NCBI GenBank assembly: GCA_041666185.1
Contig: JBAYHL010000001.1
Location: forward strand, 153,619 to 217,618
Length of the DNA: 64,000 nt
Reading direction: 5' to 3'
Source: Patescibacteria group bacterium
GTDB taxonomy: Bacteria > Patescibacteriota > UBA1384 > UBA12157 > JAENIV01
Shown: in pieces, positions 1 to 10,424 of the stretch
Layout: every line of letters starts with the position of its first letter
How positions within the stretch are numbered: position 1 is the first letter of the stretch
The notes under the pieces: generated by a model
What the model was told of the DNA's origin: nothing
The model's input: the letters and a program-made list of their open reading frames with translations, nothing else
The model's database searches: none
Position numbers and translations under genes: made by a program

Positions 1-72
1 AACACCAATAAGCTCAATCAAAAGCACTCCTTCATCTTCAGCTTACCAAAGTTTAATCATTCTACCAAGCCC

Positions 73-1788
73 TTATCTTTTACTCCAACTAATAAGCGAC
101 TTAGTATCTAGAGTATTTATTATATCATTTTTTTCAAGCCACCCACGACGGGCAACTGCTACGCCAAAGCGAATCAAATCAAGATGATTTTTCTGGTGAG
201 AATCAGTATTAACAGCAAATTTGACTCCATAAGCTTTTGCTTCTTGACAAAGAGTGTCTTTTAAATCTAACCTATTAGGGAAGGATGATATTTCTAAGGC
301 AGTTTTTTTACTTACACAAGCTTGGAAAACTTTTTGCCAGTCAACTTCGTACGGTTCACGTTGACCAATAATTCTTCCTGACGGATGACCAATAATATCT
401 ACATGTGGATGACCAATAGCCTTAATAAGCCTTTTTGTCATTGTGTCTTTATCTTGATAAAAACTTGTATGAATTGAGGCAGTTACAACATCTAACCTTT
501 CCAACATCCAGTCTTTAATGTCCAAATCGCCATCAGCTTTAATGTTAACCTCGACTGAAGAAAGAATTTTTATTTTTGGATATTTTTTTTGAACTTTATC
601 AATTTCTTTTTGACGTTGCTCTAAACGTTTTTCATTAAGACCGTTGGCAATACCCAAACCGACCGTGTGATCAGAAACAACAATATATTTATAGCCTAAA
701 TTTTGACCAAACTTAGCAATTTCTTCAATACTCATAGTTCCGTCTGACCAATTCGAATGAACATGTAAATCACCTTTTATATCTTTTAACTCAACTAAAT
801 TCGGTAGTTTGTGTTTTAAAGCGGCTTCAATTTCTCCACGATTTTCTCGTAATTCCGGCGGGATTAAATCCATTTTTAAAAATCCATAAAAATCTGCTTC
901 AAGAGAAAACTTATGTTGTTTTTTTCCAACTTTAATTCCGTGCTCTGAAAGACTTTTGCCAACAGTTTGAGCATAAGTTCTAAGAGCAACATTGTGTTCC
1001 TTAGAGCCGGTAAAATGCTGCAAAAGTGAGCCATATTCGTTTTCTGGAACAATTTCTAAATCAATTTGCACACCACCTTCATGAATAATGGTTGATTTGG
1101 CCGCACCCTTAGTAATTACTTGACTGACGGCCGTGAGTTTAGTAAATTTATCTATCACTTTTTGCGGTTGAGTAGAGGTTGCCACAATATCGATATCACC
1201 AATTGTTTCTTTCATTCTGCGAAGTGATCCAACAAAATCGACTTTACCTGCTTCTGGCATTTTCTTTACGACTTCTACCATGCTTTCTGCGATTGGCAAC
1301 GCTTCTGTTATAAGCATTCGACCAGTTAAGCGCTCTAAAATATTGATTCCACGAAGAATATTTGCGGCGGTTTTTTCTTTAAAAATTTTTGGATCCACAC
1401 CCTTTTTAAGCTTTTTTTCTAAATCTTTAATATTTTTTGCTTTAAGTTCTTTGGCAATTTTAATAGCTACTTTCGGACCAACACCGGGAATTTGTAAAAA
1501 TTCTACTTCCGAAACTGGAACATTTTTTTTGACTTCTTCTAGATATTTCAACTTACCAGTTTTTAATAATTCTTCAATTTTTTCAGCAATCGATTCACCG
1601 ACTCCCGGAACATTATTAAGAGCTTTTAAGCCACCTTTTTTATAAACTTCTGACATTTCCTCTGCATAATTTTCGATTGTTTGAGCAACTCTTTCGTAGG
1701 CAATCACCCGAAAACGATCATTGGCATTACCAAGCTCCAAAATTTCGCCAACTTGATATAAAATTTTAGCAATTTCTTTGTTAGTCAT
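73..1788 (-). CDS. polX: DNA polymerase X family protein (Pol-beta-like nucleotidyltransferase plus C-terminal PHP phosphoesterase domain)
   Basis: N-terminal HhH/Pol-beta motifs (GVGPKVA, GSLRR...DIDIV). C-terminal PHP histidines (DLHVHSNWSDG...HPSGR). The ORF track starts at 1803, but an ATG (MTNKEIAK) at 1788 is the more plausible start. Confidence 0.85.
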   Translation of the reverse strand: MTNKEIAKILYQVGEILELGNANDRFRVIAYERVAQTIENYAEEMSEVYKKGGLKALNNVPGVGESIAEKIEELLKTGKLKYLEEVKKNVPVSEVEFLQIPGVGPKVAIKIAKELKAKNIKDLEKKLKKGVDPKIFKEKTAANILRGINILERLTGRMLITEALPIAESMVEVVKKMPEAGKVDFVGSLRRMKETIGDIDIVATSTQPQKVIDKFTKLTAVSQVITKGAAKSTIIHEGGVQIDLEIVPENEYGSLLQHFTGSKEHNVALRTYAQTVGKSLSEHGIKVGKKQHKFSLEADFYGFLKMDLIPPELRENRGEIEAALKHKLPNLVELKDIKGDLHVHSNWSDGTMSIEEIAKFGQNLGYKYIVVSDHTVGLGIANGLNEKRLEQRQKEIDKVQKKYPKIKILSSVEVNIKADGDLDIKDWMLERLDVVTASIHTSFYQDKDTMTKRLIKAIGHPHVDIIGHPSGRIIGQREPYEVDWQKVFQACVSKKTALEISSFPNRLDLKDTLCQEAKAYGVKFAVNTDSHQKNHLDLIRFGVAVARRGWLEKNDIINTLDTKSLISWSKR

Positions 1789-1824
1789 AATACTAATCCA
1801 CAACTTACAAACAACAATCTACAA

Positions 1825-2376
1825 CTAGTAGTTGTTAGTTATCTCTTTATACATTTCTATATTGTCAGAATATTTATCTTTTCGATAAAGACCATTTGGC
1901 AAATTGCCATATTCTTTAAATCCAAGCTTTTGATAGAGTTTTTTGGCAATTTCGTTATCAGAAAAAACACGCAAAATGGCAATTTTTATTCCCATTTCTT
2001 TTGATTTTTCTAAAACATATTCCAATAAAAATCTACCAAGGCCATCTCGACGAAAGTCTTCATCGACCATTAAACCAACTGTGCCAACGTGCCAATCACG
2101 CGTACCGCCACGATTAACATCTGAACTGCCGATAATTTTACCGTCAAAAACTGCTAAACAAGCAAAACTTCTACCAGCTTTCATATTTAAAATGGTATTT
2201 TTAATCCAATTTTCTTCTTCGGTATAAGTTTTTGGTTTGCCAGTTAAAGACAAAAATGTGTCTTCTTTAGTCAAACGATTAATAAATTCTAACAATTCTG
2301 AGGTCTTTTCAAGTGTTGGTAAATAAATTTCGATTTCTTTACCACTATGGCTCGTAAATTTTGAAATTGGTTTCAT
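1825..2376 (-). CDS. GNAT family N-acetyltransferase
   Basis: Acetyl-CoA binding motif region (RRDGLGRFLLEYV...). The start at 2376 forms an ATGA overlap with the ddl stop. The longer ORF-track start would overlap ddl by 55 nt. Confidence 0.75.
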   Translation of the reverse strand: MKPISKFTSHSGKEIEIYLPTLEKTSELLEFINRLTKEDTFLSLTGKPKTYTEEENWIKNTILNMKAGRSFACLAVFDGKIIGSSDVNRGGTRDWHVGTVGLMVDEDFRRDGLGRFLLEYVLEKSKEMGIKIAILRVFSDNEIAKKLYQKLGFKEYGNLPNGLYRKDKYSDNIEMYKEITNNY

Positions 2377-3311
2377 TTTTTTCCTAAAGCTAGTGTGATT
2401 AATTTTGTTAATAAATCCTTGTAACAAATACCGCTTTCTTCCATCAGTTTAGGATATACCGATGTTTTTGTAAAACCAGGGATAGTATTTATTTCATTAA
2501 GATATATTTTTCCAGAATTTTTATCTAAAAAACAATCAACCCTTGCCATTCCACAACAACCTAATGCCCTATAAGCCATTTTAGCTAAACCCTGAATTTC
2601 TTGAATCTTAATCTTTGAAATTTCAGCTGGTACTACTAATTCCATCAAACCAGATTTGTACTTGGCATTATAATTATAAAATTCTTCTTTTGGAATAATT
2701 TCACCAGGCATAGAGATAGTTAGATCTTCGTTTCCTAAAATTGAAACTTCAATTTCACGAATATTTTCTAAAACTTCTTCAATAATCACTCTGCTATCAT
2801 ATTTAAACGCTTCTTCAATCGCTTTTTTTAATTCAAATTTTTTCTTCACTTTAGTTATACCAATACTCGAACCAGTGTTAGCTGGTTTTACAAAAACTGG
2901 TAATTTAATTTCTTGCATAATTCGTGAAGGATTTTTCTGCCATTGAAAATAATTAAAAAATTTAAAAGAGGGGACTGGTAATTTAAAATTTTGAAAAATT
3001 TGTTTAGAAGCGATTTTATCAAGAGCCAAAGCAGAGGCTTCAATACCAGAACCTACATATGGCTTTTGCAAAACCTCGCAAAATCCCTGAATCGAACCAT
3101 CCTCTCCCCCAACGCCATGCAAACAAGGAAAAACAACATCAGCTGACAAAATTTTTTGTAAAGAAAATCTTCCTTTTTTAGATATTTCAACTGGGATAAT
3201 AGTAAATTTATTTTTATCTAAATTTCCTATTACCGACTTAGCTGAATCACAAGAAACTTCATGTTCAGCAGAAATTCCTCCGTATAAAATAGCTACTTTA
3301 ATTTTTTTCAT
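2373..3311 (-). CDS. ddl: D-alanine--D-alanine ligase
   Basis: Matches Ddl over the full length: MKKIKVAILYGGISAEHEVS N-terminus and an ATP-grasp C-terminal half. Confidence 0.9.
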   Translation of the reverse strand: MKKIKVAILYGGISAEHEVSCDSAKSVIGNLDKNKFTIIPVEISKKGRFSLQKILSADVVFPCLHGVGGEDGSIQGFCEVLQKPYVGSGIEASALALDKIASKQIFQNFKLPVPSFKFFNYFQWQKNPSRIMQEIKLPVFVKPANTGSSIGITKVKKKFELKKAIEEAFKYDSRVIIEEVLENIREIEVSILGNEDLTISMPGEIIPKEEFYNYNAKYKSGLMELVVPAEISKIKIQEIQGLAKMAYRALGCCGMARVDCFLDKNSGKIYLNEINTIPGFTKTSVYPKLMEESGICYKDLLTKLITLALGKK

Positions 3312-3478
3312 TATTTTTTTGCTGATTTTTTGGGAATTCTGTGCCCTGCCACGCGAGCCTTAGAAATACTAATTGCCGCTTCCTGACTCTCGGCGGCTTT
3401 TTTGGTTGGATGTGTACCTAGTACTCGACTGCTCTCTTTGGAAAGCAAGACCCATTTCTTCCCCCGTTTCTTGATCAT
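3311..3478 (-). CDS. Small basic protein (55 aa, MIKKRGKKWVLLSKESSRVLGTHPTKKAAESQEAAISISKARVAGHRIPKKSAKK), not in the ORF track
   Basis: Hand-translated from the minus strand. ATG at 3476-3478 follows an AAAGGGGA Shine-Dalgarno sequence. Its TAA stop overlaps the ddl ATG (TAATG). The region is GC-rich (~50%) against a ~33% background. There is a weak resemblance to the N-terminal half of DUF2188-type small proteins. Confidence 0.45.
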   Translation of the reverse strand: MIKKRGKKWVLLSKESSRVLGTHPTKKAAESQEAAISISKARVAGHRIPKKSAKK

Positions 3479-3496
3479 TTTAAGTCCCCTTTTACA

Positions 3497-4120
3497 TTAA
3501 TTTATTTGATAACTCGACAAAATACCATCAAAGACATGTGCCGCATATTCATCATAATCAGAATAAGCTATTTCCATTTGTAAATTATAAAAATTATCAC
3601 CTTTTAATGCTGTTACTTGATCAACTAAAGTTAATACACCGCTCATAGAATTTACATATGTCCACTGTCTTTCTCCGGCCGGGACTCCACCCAAAATCGC
3701 ATCTTCTTTCAAAATATTTTTAGCGTTTTCTGGAGCTTCCGCTTCTTTAAACAAATTTTCTTGGGCCCAATCAAGATATCCTGTTAAATCTTGTGACAAA
3801 ACATTTGCCGATCCATAAGCTCTAATTGTCATTACCGGATCACTTGTAGTCAAAGTAGCCCCATCACTGTTTTGAGACTCTTGTTTAGAAAAATTCGGAG
3901 GATATTTTAAAGAAAAACCAAATCTTGAATTTTGATAAGGCAACCAACCCTCTGTTATATAAGAACTGCCAATTGACAAAGATTCCACGGGAATAGGTGT
4001 TTTTGTCTGAGTTTTTACTTTATAAAATTTATAGATAGCAATAATTCCACCGACAATGAAAAATCCCAAAACCACAAAAATAATAATTAATATTATTTTC
4101 TGATGATTTTTTTTAGCCAT
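3497..4120 (-). CDS. Hypothetical membrane-anchored protein
   Basis: N-terminal TM helix (IILIIIFVVLGFFIVGGIIAIY) followed by a soluble domain. No recognisable family. Confidence 0.5.
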   Translation of the reverse strand: MAKKNHQKIILIIIFVVLGFFIVGGIIAIYKFYKVKTQTKTPIPVESLSIGSSYITEGWLPYQNSRFGFSLKYPPNFSKQESQNSDGATLTTSDPVMTIRAYGSANVLSQDLTGYLDWAQENLFKEAEAPENAKNILKEDAILGGVPAGERQWTYVNSMSGVLTLVDQVTALKGDNFYNLQMEIAYSDYDEYAAHVFDGILSSYQIN

Positions 4121-4162
4121 TTTTTTCTCCTTAAATATATTATACAGGAAAAACGCTTAAAA

Positions 4163-4558
4163 TTATCGATTTAGAACTGTCACGGCAATTTGAAGATAAG
4201 TTGCAAAAGAAACCCATACTAGATATGGAATTTGTAAATAAAAAACCCATTTATACCTGGACCATGTTAAAATCATTGTAATAATAATAGTTACTAAAAC
4301 AATCAAAATATCAATTGTCGCTAAAGTATAATTTTTCAGACCAAACTGAAAATAAGTATAAGTAAAATTAGCAATTAAATTAATGATAAACGGAATCGTT
4401 AGCTTCCAAGCAATTTTTCCTTTTTTGGCCTCATAAAAAATAAAGCCATAAGAAATGGCGATTAAAACATAAAGGATCGGCCAAACAATTCCAAACAAAT
4501 ACGCTGGTGGTGAAAGTGGTGGCTTTTGATAATCCAGATATTGATTGTAGGTATCCAT
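4163..4558 (-). CDS. TspO/MBR-like tryptophan-rich sensory membrane protein
   Basis: Multi-TM protein with the PPxxxFGIVWPILY motif characteristic of TspO/MBR proteins. Confidence 0.55.
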   Translation of the reverse strand: MDTYNQYLDYQKPPLSPPAYLFGIVWPILYVLIAISYGFIFYEAKKGKIAWKLTIPFIINLIANFTYTYFQFGLKNYTLATIDILIVLVTIIITMILTWSRYKWVFYLQIPYLVWVSFATYLQIAVTVLNR

Positions 4559-4571
4559 GTTTCCCTCCTTG

Positions 4572-4979
4572 TTATAATTTATAGTTTTTTAAAAAATTTT
4601 TGACTGGAAGAAATAATGGTGATGGCAAATGATTTAACTTAAACCATCCGAACTCAGTACATTTATCTAATTCGCATATTTTTGGTTTACCAGACTTTAT
4701 TTTAGCACTCATAGCAACTGTAATGTAATGATTATCACGAGAAATATCATTGGTTACACCCATTAATTGGATATCTTTGATCGCAACACCCACTTCCTCT
4801 TTCGTTTCTCTTTTAGCACACTTTTCAAAAGTTTCATTGTATTCGAGATGACCACCTGGCGGACACCATGTTCCCTCACCATGAGATCCTTTTCTTTTCA
4901 TTAACAATAATTCTTTTTTATTATTTAAAATATAGACACCTACACCAACTTTTGGTCTATCCAATTTTTCTTTTTTCAT
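4572..4979 (-). CDS. NUDIX hydrolase
   Basis: Nudix box: GGHLEYNETFEKCAKRETKEEVGV. Confidence 0.8.
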   Translation of the reverse strand: MKKEKLDRPKVGVGVYILNNKKELLLMKRKGSHGEGTWCPPGGHLEYNETFEKCAKRETKEEVGVAIKDIQLMGVTNDISRDNHYITVAMSAKIKSGKPKICELDKCTEFGWFKLNHLPSPLFLPVKNFLKNYKL

Positions 4980-4982
4980 GGT

Positions 4983-5411
4983 CTACCACGATTTGTTTAT
5001 ACTTTTTAAATATAATCTACTACACAAAGAGCCTTTTTGAGCAGCTTCTATCAAATCGTTTGCCATACCCCACTTCCATTTTGAATATTGCGTTACACCA
5101 GATACATTCTGAGGAACACTTGGAGTCCCATTTGCAATTTTCGCTTCAAATTCCTTCATGTGTAAAATATATTGACCTCGTTCAAGCTCCCCTTCACCAA
5201 CTAGACCAATAACTTCGACTTTTACTCCTAATTTATCCATGGCCGCACGAATAACAGCATCTTCAAAAATTTCGCCTTCATTAAGAGAGCCTGCTGGCAG
5301 ACCCCAAACATTTGGTAAAAGATCATCGTCTGGTGGACGCTGCACGATAAGAAATTTATCATAATTAGAGTTATAAATAACAAAAGCTACGGAATGTTTA
5401 GTTGGTTTCAT
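4983..5411 (-). CDS. NUDIX-like hydrolase
   Basis: Degenerate Nudix box (LPAGSLNEGEIFEDAVIRAAMDKLGV). Tandem with the previous NUDIX gene. Confidence 0.6.
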   Translation of the reverse strand: MKPTKHSVAFVIYNSNYDKFLIVQRPPDDDLLPNVWGLPAGSLNEGEIFEDAVIRAAMDKLGVKVEVIGLVGEGELERGQYILHMKEFEAKIANGTPSVPQNVSGVTQYSKWKWGMANDLIEAAQKGSLCSRLYLKSINKSW

Positions 5412-5447
5412 ATTTTACTCTCCCTTTCCTATGTTCCGTAACATTTT

Positions 5448-6116
5448 TTATACATTTTCTTTAAATCCGTTAAAAAATTCTTTTTGACCAGTGCCAACAA
5501 CTTTTACTTTGTCACCTTCCACTACTATTGCTTGAGTATCGTATAATGCCACAACTGGTAATTTAGTTTTTTTAACACCATATTCAATAGAATCATGATA
5601 TTTTTCCCTATTGTAATGAGCGGTAATTATAAACGGAATTAAGTTTAGAGCTTCTAAATTCTTAAGTCCAACAATATTTCTATCAGCATGCTTCCATCCC
5701 GCAGCTTCGATGGTTGGACAAACAACGTAGCTACCAGCACTTGCAGCAATATAAATTTTACCCTGATCAAGTAAGTCAGGTAAAATTTTATCTAAACCGC
5801 TTTTTCGAATAACATCTAGAAGATAGAAAGTATTACCACCATTAACAAAAATTACATCGCAATCGATAAATTTTTCTTTTATTGAATTCCTATTTTCTTT
5901 TTTTAAATCAATTTCTCTAATTTTCATCCCCATCGCTTTTAATTGGTCTGTCGATTCTTTAACGTATGATTTATTTTCTTGCGGATCAGCTGCATTTGGA
6001 ATGTGAGCAATTAGAATATCTTCTGGTTTTTTTGACAAAAAGTTTAACAGCTCATTTTTAAGCGTTTTGTCTGACAACGAGGTTCTAAAAGACGATGCTA
6101 AAAATAATTTTTTCAT
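5448..6116 (-). CDS. Peptidase S51 (dipeptidase E)-like, class I glutamine amidotransferase fold
   Basis: S51 core (IAHIPNAADPQ...DVIFVNGGNTFYLL...AASAGS). The MKKLF start at 6116 abuts the secA stop. The upstream part of the ORF-track ORF overlaps secA and is not coding. Confidence 0.7.
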   Translation of the reverse strand: MKKLFLASSFRTSLSDKTLKNELLNFLSKKPEDILIAHIPNAADPQENKSYVKESTDQLKAMGMKIREIDLKKENRNSIKEKFIDCDVIFVNGGNTFYLLDVIRKSGLDKILPDLLDQGKIYIAASAGSYVVCPTIEAAGWKHADRNIVGLKNLEALNLIPFIITAHYNREKYHDSIEYGVKKTKLPVVALYDTQAIVVEGDKVKVVGTGQKEFFNGFKENV

Positions 6117-6117
6117 A

Positions 6118-8685
6118 TTATTTCCCATGACATTTTTTATACTTTTTACCACTTCCACAAGGACAAGGATCGTTACGACCAACGTGTGGATAAGAAGATG
6201 ATGATTGTTGACTCCCTGAACCACTAGATTTTGTCCTAACTGTTACCTCAACTCCTTTATTATTTGATGATTGTGGAGCTGTTTGCTGTTCAATTGCTGG
6301 CACGCTTTGTGTCACCATAGGCTTTACTACATTTTCAAAAGTTCCGGCTGCCATTGTTTCATCTGCTCCGTGCATTTGTAAATTACGCATTGGCTCAGCA
6401 GTTATTTTTTGAACAGGGGCGGGTTGGATTTCTGCTTTAAGCAGAATTTCCACTACCTGAGAATTAATAGTTCCTAAAAGTCTTTGATATAAATGGTACG
6501 CCTCAGCTTTATATTCCACCAACGGATCGCGTTGACCATAACCACGAAGACCTATTCCTTCACGAAGTAAATCCATAGCATTTAAATGCTCGATCCACAT
6601 TGTATCAATGCTTCGCAAATAAACCATTCTTTCAATTTGACTCATGATCCGTTCGCCATGTTTGTTATATTTTTCTTGATATTTCGCCTTCGTTTCATCG
6701 TCCATTAAATTTACAACTTCATCATGGACATTTTTACCTTCCAAAATACTACGACGCAGGCCGTAAATTGCCTGACGATGTTTGTTAGCAACATCATCGT
6801 ATTCAACTAAATGTTTTCGAATATCAAAGTTATGACCTTCAACTTTTTTCTGAGCTGATTCAATTGAACGAGAAATCAAACCATGTTCAATTGGCATGTC
6901 GTCAGGTAAATTGATTCTGTCCATTACGGCTTTCATTCTTTCGCCACCAAAAACTCGCATCAAATCGTCTTCCATTGAAACGTAGAACTGTGAAGAACCT
7001 GAATCACCTTGACGACCAGCACGTCCACGAAGCTGATTGTCAATTCGACGAGCCTCATGTCTCTCAGTGCCCAAAACATGCAAACCACCAGCTTCAACAA
7101 CTTTTTTGTATTCTTTTTCATCAAATGGTGTGCCACCCAAAATAATGTCTACCCCACGACCAGCCATGTTTGTTGACACCGTTACTGCCCCAAAACGTCC
7201 TGCTTGAGCAATTATTTTTGCTTCTCTTTCGTGATGCTTAGCGTTTAAAACTTCGTGTTTGGTTCCTACACGTTTAAGCATTTTTGAAAGTTTTTCCGAT
7301 TTTTCAATAGAAATCGTTCCCACTAACACTGGTTGACCTTTTTTTGAACGCTCCTCAATATCGTGACAAACAGCCAAAAATTTAGCTTCTTCGCTTTTAT
7401 AAATCTGATCTTGCTGATCTTTACGAATCATTGGTTTGTTGGTCGGAACAATAACAACATCGAGTTTATAAATTTTGAAAAACTCTTCGGCTTCCGTTTC
7501 GGCTGTACCCGTCATGCCAGCTAATTTGCTGTAAAGACGAAATAAATTTTGAAAAGAAATTGTTGCTAGAGTGTCTGATTCACGTTGAATTTCTACACTT
7601 TCTTTAGCTTCAATTGCTTGATGTAGCCCTTCAGAATAACGACGACCAGGCATTAAACGTCCTGTAAATTCATCAACAATTATAACTTCGCCATCTTTAA
7701 CAACATAATCTTTATCTTTTTTGTATAAAGCATGGGCAATTAAAGCTTCTTCCAAATGATGAACTAATTGAATAGATTTAGCGTCATAAACATTTTCTAA
7801 GCCCAACATTTTCTCAACTCTTTTCATGCCTTCGTCAGTTAGAGTGACAGCTCTCATTTTTTCATCGATTGTAAAATCTTGAACTTCTTTTAGTTGCGGT
7901 ACAAGTAGAGCAAATTTTTTATAGAGCGCACCCGATTCTTCTGCTGGTGCGGAAATGATTAAAGGAGTGCGAGCCTCATCAATTAAAATTGAGTCGACTT
8001 CATCAACAATCGCAAAATTTAATTCTCTTTGTGCCATCTGCTCTAAACTTTGGACCATGTTATCACGTAAGTAGTCAAAACCAAATTCGTTATTAGTCCC
8101 ATAAGTAATATCTGCCGCGTAAGCCTCCTTACGAGAAACTGGTTGCAAATTAGCATATTCAATTGAAACCGGATCGACATCACGCTTGTGCGGAGTAAAA
8201 ATAAAAGACGCCTCGTGATTAATAACGGCTGTTGTTATACCTAATTTATCGCAAATTGAACCCATCCAAGCAGCGTCTCTTCGCGCCAAATAGTCGTTAA
8301 CCGTAATTAAATGAGCGCCTTTACCTTCAAGAGCATTTAAATATAGCGGAAAAACGGCTGTTAAGGTTTTTCCTTCACCAGTTTTCATTTCAGCAATTTT
8401 TCCTTGATGAAGAACAACCCCACCGATCAATTGAGTATCAAAGGCTCGTTGGTTAATTGTCCGTTTAGCGGCTTCTCTTACTACCGCAAACGCTTCCGGC
8501 AAAATATCATCTAAAGTTTCTTCTTTTACTAAACGCTGTCTAAACTCTTGAGTTTTGTTTTTAAGTTCCGTGTCGGTTAGTTTTTGTAAATCTTCCTCAA
8601 ATCCATTAATTTTTTCAATTATAGGCTTAAGCTTTTCAACCTCTCCCTCATTTGAACCAAACATTTTATTTAAAAATCCTAGCAT
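6118..8685 (-). CDS. secA: Preprotein translocase ATPase SecA
   Basis: Full-length match, including the DEAD motor and the C-terminal zinc finger ([14 protein letters not shown]). Confidence 0.97.
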   Translation of the reverse strand: MLGFLNKMFGSNEGEVEKLKPIIEKINGFEEDLQKLTDTELKNKTQEFRQRLVKEETLDDILPEAFAVVREAAKRTINQRAFDTQLIGGVVLHQGKIAEMKTGEGKTLTAVFPLYLNALEGKGAHLITVNDYLARRDAAWMGSICDKLGITTAVINHEASFIFTPHKRDVDPVSIEYANLQPVSRKEAYAADITYGTNNEFGFDYLRDNMVQSLEQMAQRELNFAIVDEVDSILIDEARTPLIISAPAEESGALYKKFALLVPQLKEVQDFTIDEKMRAVTLTDEGMKRVEKMLGLENVYDAKSIQLVHHLEEALIAHALYKKDKDYVVKDGEVIIVDEFTGRLMPGRRYSEGLHQAIEAKESVEIQRESDTLATISFQNLFRLYSKLAGMTGTAETEAEEFFKIYKLDVVIVPTNKPMIRKDQQDQIYKSEEAKFLAVCHDIEERSKKGQPVLVGTISIEKSEKLSKMLKRVGTKHEVLNAKHHEREAKIIAQAGRFGAVTVSTNMAGRGVDIILGGTPFDEKEYKKVVEAGGLHVLGTERHEARRIDNQLRGRAGRQGDSGSSQFYVSMEDDLMRVFGGERMKAVMDRINLPDDMPIEHGLISRSIESAQKKVEGHNFDIRKHLVEYDDVANKHRQAIYGLRRSILEGKNVHDEVVNLMDDETKAKYQEKYNKHGERIMSQIERMVYLRSIDTMWIEHLNAMDLLREGIGLRGYGQRDPLVEYKAEAYHLYQRLLGTINSQVVEILLKAEIQPAPVQKITAEPMRNLQMHGADETMAAGTFENVVKPMVTQSVPAIEQQTAPQSSNNKGVEVTVRTKSSGSGSQQSSSSYPHVGRNDPCPCGSGKKYKKCHGK

Positions 8686-8732
8686 TTATGTGCCTTTCTT
8701 GATTAGATTATATCAGTTTTAAGAGTATTAGG

Positions 8733-9095
8733 CTACTCTTCCTCAGTATTTAGTTCTTTTTCAAGCCAATATTTATTAGGAAAACGAGAACCGATCTTAA
8801 CTTGTTCTTTGTATTTTAAGATTTGATGTTCTAAACGCTCTTGGGCTAGATCAACTGAACCCATAAAATCTGACGATCGCTCACAAATAAAAATAGGGTT
8901 TTTGAGTCCTGGTAGAGAAAGGGTAATTTTAACAACTTTATCAATACCACCCTTAAGACCATTTTCATCTTCGAAAACCACTTCACACTTTGCTGGTTCT
9001 TGAACTAATGGCTCGTATTTTTTAACTTTCTCAATTACATAAGATTTAAGCTCAGAAGGAATTTTGATTTTTTGACCCCTAACAATAATTTTCAT
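8733..9095 (-). CDS. hpf: Ribosome hibernation promoting factor / RaiA family
   Basis: Size and the MKI.I.G..I.I...L..YV..K..K pattern of the short HPF family. Confidence 0.7.
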   Translation of the reverse strand: MKIIVRGQKIKIPSELKSYVIEKVKKYEPLVQEPAKCEVVFEDENGLKGGIDKVVKITLSLPGLKNPIFICERSSDFMGSVDLAQERLEHQILKYKEQVKIGSRFPNKYWLEKELNTEEE

Positions 9096-10315
9096 TATAC
9101 CTCTTTTGTATTTGTTATTTTGTCAAAGCCACAATATTTTTGTAAAGCTTCTGGAATCTTAATCGAACCATCTTCTTGCTGATTATTTTCCAAAATTGCA
9201 ATTAACATTCGGCCAATTGCCACTGCTGTACCATTTAGAGTATGAGCAAATTCAGTTTTATCACCATCTTTATATTTAATTTTTAATCTTCGTGCTTGAA
9301 AATCGGTACAGTTGCTTGAAGAATGAGTTTCCCTAAAACATTCTTGACCCGGCATCCAAATTTCGACGTCAACGGTTTTTGATGATGGAAGCCCCAAATC
9401 ACCAGAACAAACTTCTACTAACCTATAAGGTAAATTTAATCCAGAAACAATTTTCTCCTCTAAAGAAATAATTAATTCATGTTCTTTCTTGGAATCTTCT
9501 TTCTTACAAAAAGAAAACATTTCTAATTTATCAAATTGATGAGCCCGCAAGATTCCTTTAACATCTTTGCCATAACTACCAGCCTCACGTCTTAAACAAG
9601 TCGAAAAACCAACAAATCTTTGTGGTAATTTTTGAATAACTTCTCCAGCAAAATAAGGTAGAATTGATTGTTCGGAAGTACCAATTACAACTAAAGAATC
9701 GTCTTTTGTATGATAAGCATCGTCATTGATAGCTTCGAAATGACCCGAACCCCACGCCATTTCCTCACGAATTAAAACTGGTGGAATGATTGGCTGAAAA
9801 CCTTCTTGCTTTACAACGTCTAAAACATATTTTATTAAAGCAAACTCGAGTTCAACGGCTTGATTTTTAAGATAATAAAAACGATTACCAGAGACTTTAA
9901 CCGCTCTTTCAACATCAATAATATCCAAAGCCTTGCCAAGCTCAAAATGATCTTTGCCAGTCTTTAGCTTTATCTCGCCCACTTCTTTTATAACTTTATT
10001 GTCATTTTCATCTTTTCCTTCTGGAACGTCATCTTGCGAAATATTTGGTAATTTAACAGCTTCAAGTTTAAAATTTTCTTCCACTTCTTGCAATTGCGGT
10101 TCCAAATCTTTAATCATCTGCTTTATTTCAATTGCCCGGTCATTTTTCCCAGTTAATTTATTTTGTTCGGACCGCAATGTTTCGATTCTTTTTAAAACAT
10201 CTTTTCTTTCTTCGTCGAGGGCTAGTAATTTTCCCAAATCAAATTCACCTTTTCTTTTCGCCAAGGCATTTTTTACTTCTTCCAAATTTTCTCTTACATA
10301 TTTTATATCAAGCAT
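9095..10315 (-). CDS. serS: Seryl-tRNA synthetase
   Basis: N-terminal coiled coil (MLDIKYVRENLEEV...) plus a class II core. The start at M20 of the track ORF gives the canonical N-terminus. Confidence 0.93.
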   Translation of the reverse strand: MLDIKYVRENLEEVKNALAKRKGEFDLGKLLALDEERKDVLKRIETLRSEQNKLTGKNDRAIEIKQMIKDLEPQLQEVEENFKLEAVKLPNISQDDVPEGKDENDNKVIKEVGEIKLKTGKDHFELGKALDIIDVERAVKVSGNRFYYLKNQAVELEFALIKYVLDVVKQEGFQPIIPPVLIREEMAWGSGHFEAINDDAYHTKDDSLVVIGTSEQSILPYFAGEVIQKLPQRFVGFSTCLRREAGSYGKDVKGILRAHQFDKLEMFSFCKKEDSKKEHELIISLEEKIVSGLNLPYRLVEVCSGDLGLPSSKTVDVEIWMPGQECFRETHSSSNCTDFQARRLKIKYKDGDKTEFAHTLNGTAVAIGRMLIAILENNQQEDGSIKIPEALQKYCGFDKITNTKEV

Positions 10316-10370
10316 TTTTTCCTCATCTTTCAAAATTATCATACCATTTTCAAGACAAAAGAAAAGAGGC

Positions 10371-10405
10371 AATTTAAAAAATAGGCCCGGGATTTGACCC
10401 GAGCC
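10371..10405 (-). terminator. Rho-independent terminator at the 3' end of the duplicated cassette
   Basis: Minus-strand transcript forms GGCUCGGG-ucaaau-CCCGGGCC (8 bp stem with one GU pair), followed by UAUUUUUU. Confidence 0.6.
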
Positions 10406-10424
10406 TAGAATTATTAGTTACTAT

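Noticed and set aside
1280-1645. Plus-strand 121-aa ORF inside polX, and similar antisense ORFs (1943-2227, 4868-5212, 9954-10397, 10132-10377, 10465-10683, 10818-11039, 11805-12023, 12508-12732, 12953-13198, 13583-13786, 14632-14820, 16412-16675, 21024-21212, 21769-21960, 22514-22696, 23819-24040, 25385-25582, 27322-27588, 28390-28626, 29576-29788, 31830-32072, 33246-33452, 34740-35111, 36701-36982, 41201-41395, 41722-41913, 42561-42944, 43425-43650, 44307-44489, 45089-45400, 49328-49510, 50567-50818, 54818-55087, 57754-57999, 60106-60330)
   Set aside because: All lie antisense to, or embedded in, long well-supported genes. Their products are low-complexity (Ser/Phe/Leu/Ile-rich), which is typical of shadow ORFs in AT-rich DNA, and they lack Shine-Dalgarno sequences.
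3311-3478. Alternative reading of the GC-rich ddl-upstream island as a structured ncRNA
   Set aside because: Not excluded. However, a good Shine-Dalgarno sequence, an ATG, and a stop that overlaps the ddl start in the same orientation favour a small coupled CDS. I found no match to tmRNA, RNase P, SRP or 6S consensus elements there.
5448-6224. Long N-terminal extensions in ORF-track models (peptidase S51 into secA; serS to 10372; galT to 56666; GT4 to 54736; GNAT to 2427; polX to 1803; csrA from 18303)
   Set aside because: The extensions overlap upstream genes or cover the genes' own Shine-Dalgarno sequences. Internal ATG starts give canonical N-termini and stop-start coupling, so shorter models were used.
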